Assembly (NCBI GenBank): GCA_002269645.1
Contig: NIVC01002036.1
Coordinates: forward strand, 1-64,000
Length of the DNA: 64,000 nt
Source of the DNA: Macrostomum lignano
Lineage: Eukaryota
Reading direction: 5' to 3'
Shown here one piece after another: positions 61,701 to 64,000 of the stretch; positions within the stretch are counted from its first letter, which is position 1, and each line of letters opens with the position of its first letter. The position numbers were made by a program, and so were the translations under genes. Under the pieces are notes generated by a model. The model saw only the letters and a program-made list of their open reading frames with translations. It did not search any database and was not told where the DNA came from.

Positions 61701-63525
61701 CATTTCACTCTGCTAGGAGTTGAAGCAATTCAAACTGAAGCCAAGAAGCACAGAAGACGACCGTGGCGAGTGGAGTCCACCGAAGAGGGCGCCGTTTGCT
61801 CAGAAGTCGCCAGCTCGACAGAAGATGCAAGTACAATTTTGAAACTGTAGCCGTGATCACTTACCAACTCAAACTGACAACAGTATGGGCCAATTCTTTT
61901 TCAGAACCCAAGATAAAAGTTCATCAAAAGTTGTTCCAGGTACGATATGCGCGCCCTAAACAAGTACTATTTGAGCATTATTTCGAACTCGAATAAAGCA
62001 CTGTTGAAATGATATTGCAGAGCCCCAGCTTCCTGTCATCGAAGGTGAGACCGGCTCCAACACAGCCACCACCAGCGCTGCTAACCCGAACTCAACTAAC
62101 CCGAACTCAACTAACTTGACTAACAAGCAGAGTGAAGCGAGCTCTAACCACCAGATTAAAACTCAGCAGACAAAGGTGAATCATCTCTACCAGCAGCCTT
62201 CCGGGATGCGTCACGATTCCAGTGCAATAAAGCTTGACAAGTCAGCGAAGCAAACAGCACAGCAGCAGAAGCAGCAACTGCAGAGTCGGTCGCTGCCAAA
62301 CTTTGGCTTTGGCGAGTTGCACCGGCTTGGAGCTCGGAGACTCGACAAGACGGCGGTGTCGCTGACGCCGGAAATTCGGTCAGTGCGGAAATCGCAGGAC
62401 GTCGGTCTGCGTCCCAGCAGAAGCGTCGCGTCGTTTCTAAAAGCATCGGATGCAGCCAGCAAGAGCGGCAGTGAGCACCCTGTTCGCCTCACATTTGGCA
62501 CCGCCAGTTTCGGTTCTGATGGCTACAGCTATGCTAGAAAAGCAGCCGAGTCGGCCACTGCTGACTTGACAGGCCTTGTGGAAAAGTGGGAAGACTGGGA
62601 GTTCCAGCAATCTCAGCTGCAGGCTACGAAGATCGGTATGCCCCGGAATCAGATGGCTTGGATTTCAACAACTCGGTACAGTTAGGCCTCACTTCATTTA
62701 CTGCTTCAACTTTTCCCGTCTTTATAAAGTGATCGCTCCCACAAAGCCGAAGAAATATGGAAACAGAGAGGCTACAGGTGATCCATCTTGGCTAATGCTG
62801 ACTCAGTGGTTTCAGCACGGCAGAGAAATTTCCTTCCAACAGCAACTAAAGCATTACCTGAGAAGGCATTCATTTCTACCCTTTAGTAGAAAACTACCTC
62901 TTTTCGTCTCAAGATCTTTCGTTATAGCTCATGCGTGCACTACTTAAAGTAATACATATAGTGAATCACACTTTTAGTCTAATCTCATTACCTAAAACAT
63001 ATCGCATTTTTCAGTCTCAGCTAACCGTCAGATACAGTAAAAAAGTAACTCATCAAGTTTTATTTGACATTCTTGCACCACGAGTATTTATCACTAAGGA
63101 AGTTATCTAACATTAAGCCTTATCCTCACTACTCAGAGACTCAAGAGGAACCTGCGCAGCCTCCGGAGGCGCCGGTCGTCAAGCCTCAGCAGACGCGGCG
63201 CCGAATTCACCCGACGATGCCGACGCCGCCGCCCCCGGTGACCGCCGACGAGGTGCCGCCTGTGCGGACGCAGCGGACGCCGAGACAGAAGCGCGAGAAG
63301 CCGCCGCGAGAGGCCGCCTTGAAGCTTTGGAAGCCGCAGGCGGAGTCCTCCGAGGAGCTCGACGAGGAGCCGCCGCCGCCGCCCACTCCGCCGCCGCCGA
63401 CGCCACCGCCGCCAGCGAAGTCGCCGACGCCCACGCCGCCACCGCTGCCACCGCCGCCGCCACCCCCACCGGCAGCAGCTCCGCCGCCTCCGAGGCTTTT
63501 AAAGGTTCGGACGATCGCGCGTTAG
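58778..63525 (+). CDS. Uncharacterised ~850-aa low-complexity protein; exons 58778-59334, 59555-59691, 59793-60173, 60469-60741, 61280-61443, 61717-61830, 62021-62044, 62131-62635, 63137-63525
   Basis: GT-AG chain with matching phases and no internal stops; GC-rich exons; proline-rich last exon. No domain recognised; several donors are weak and the gene may continue beyond the window. Confidence 0.5.
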
Positions 63526-63544
63526 CTGAAAGCTTGCACTTGAG

Positions 63545-63846
63545 TTTTCTGATGCTTTAGAAAATTGTAATTGAGTACACCTGCTCTGAGGGGCAAATGT
63601 GCAACCGACAGCTCAGCCTGCGCTGCAGGCTGCGCACGGCTGTTCAGTCCAAAGACTGGAGGGGGTCACCACACACACCCTCAATTACCCCAGCTAATGC
63701 TGGCACCCATTTTACAGCTGGGTGAACTGAAGCAATGCAGAGTTAAGTGTCTTACTTAAGGACACATATTGTTCCGAGTAGGTCGAGAATCGAACCCCCG
63801 ACCTTTCAGTCGTGAGTCCGACGCTCTAGCCACTAGGCTGCAACCC
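63545..63846 (-). mobile_element. tRNA-derived CORE-type SINE
   Basis: Head GCAGCCTAGTGGCTAGAGCG...GGGTTCGATTCTC, then GTGTCCTTAAGTAAGACACTTAACTCTGCATTGCTTCAGTTCACCCAGCTGTAAAATGGG resembling the MIR/CORE domain. Confidence 0.7.
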
Positions 63847-64000
63847 TTTCTGATAAAAACACGCTCGTACTGCTTGCTATTTTATTTTTATCTTTAACTT
63901 CATCAAAGTGAAGCTGAGGCAACGTTTCAATGGATTCTGTTTTTTATGCATCCATTGGATTTTCTGAAAGCAAATTCCCTTTAAAAGCAAGTTTTACTCC

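Overview
Eukaryotic (metazoan) genomic DNA with GT-AG introns, GC-rich exons and very dense micro/minisatellites. The style resembles a free-living flatworm such as Macrostomum (inference only). Protein-coding genes reconstructed by hand: a divergent GABPA-like ETS factor (17944-20262), UBE2Q (24206-28971), an 8-exon Hv1/TMEM266-like voltage-sensor-domain gene not captured as a coherent ORF in the track (minus strand, 33181-36904; Asp selectivity filter replaced by Gln), an ankyrin-repeat/SOCS-box gene (50740-54102), an intronless inorganic pyrophosphatase (56498/56615-57484) and an uncharacterised 9-exon gene (58778-63525). Mobile elements: a large inverted repeat (arms at least 3.3 kb) enclosing Tc1 and possible Penelope remnants, a non-autonomous Helitron carrying a 2-kb minisatellite, MITEs and tRNA-derived SINEs. 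There is also an intact Ingi-type LINE (40603-45044, minus) with a 5' HDV-like ribozyme, a 2A StopGo motif and PHD-PHD-APE-RT-RNaseH-CCHC, embedded with a second truncated family in an (AAC)n array. Most long ORFs in the supplied track are translations of tandem repeats. All alignments were done by eye against remembered reference sequences; no searches were run.
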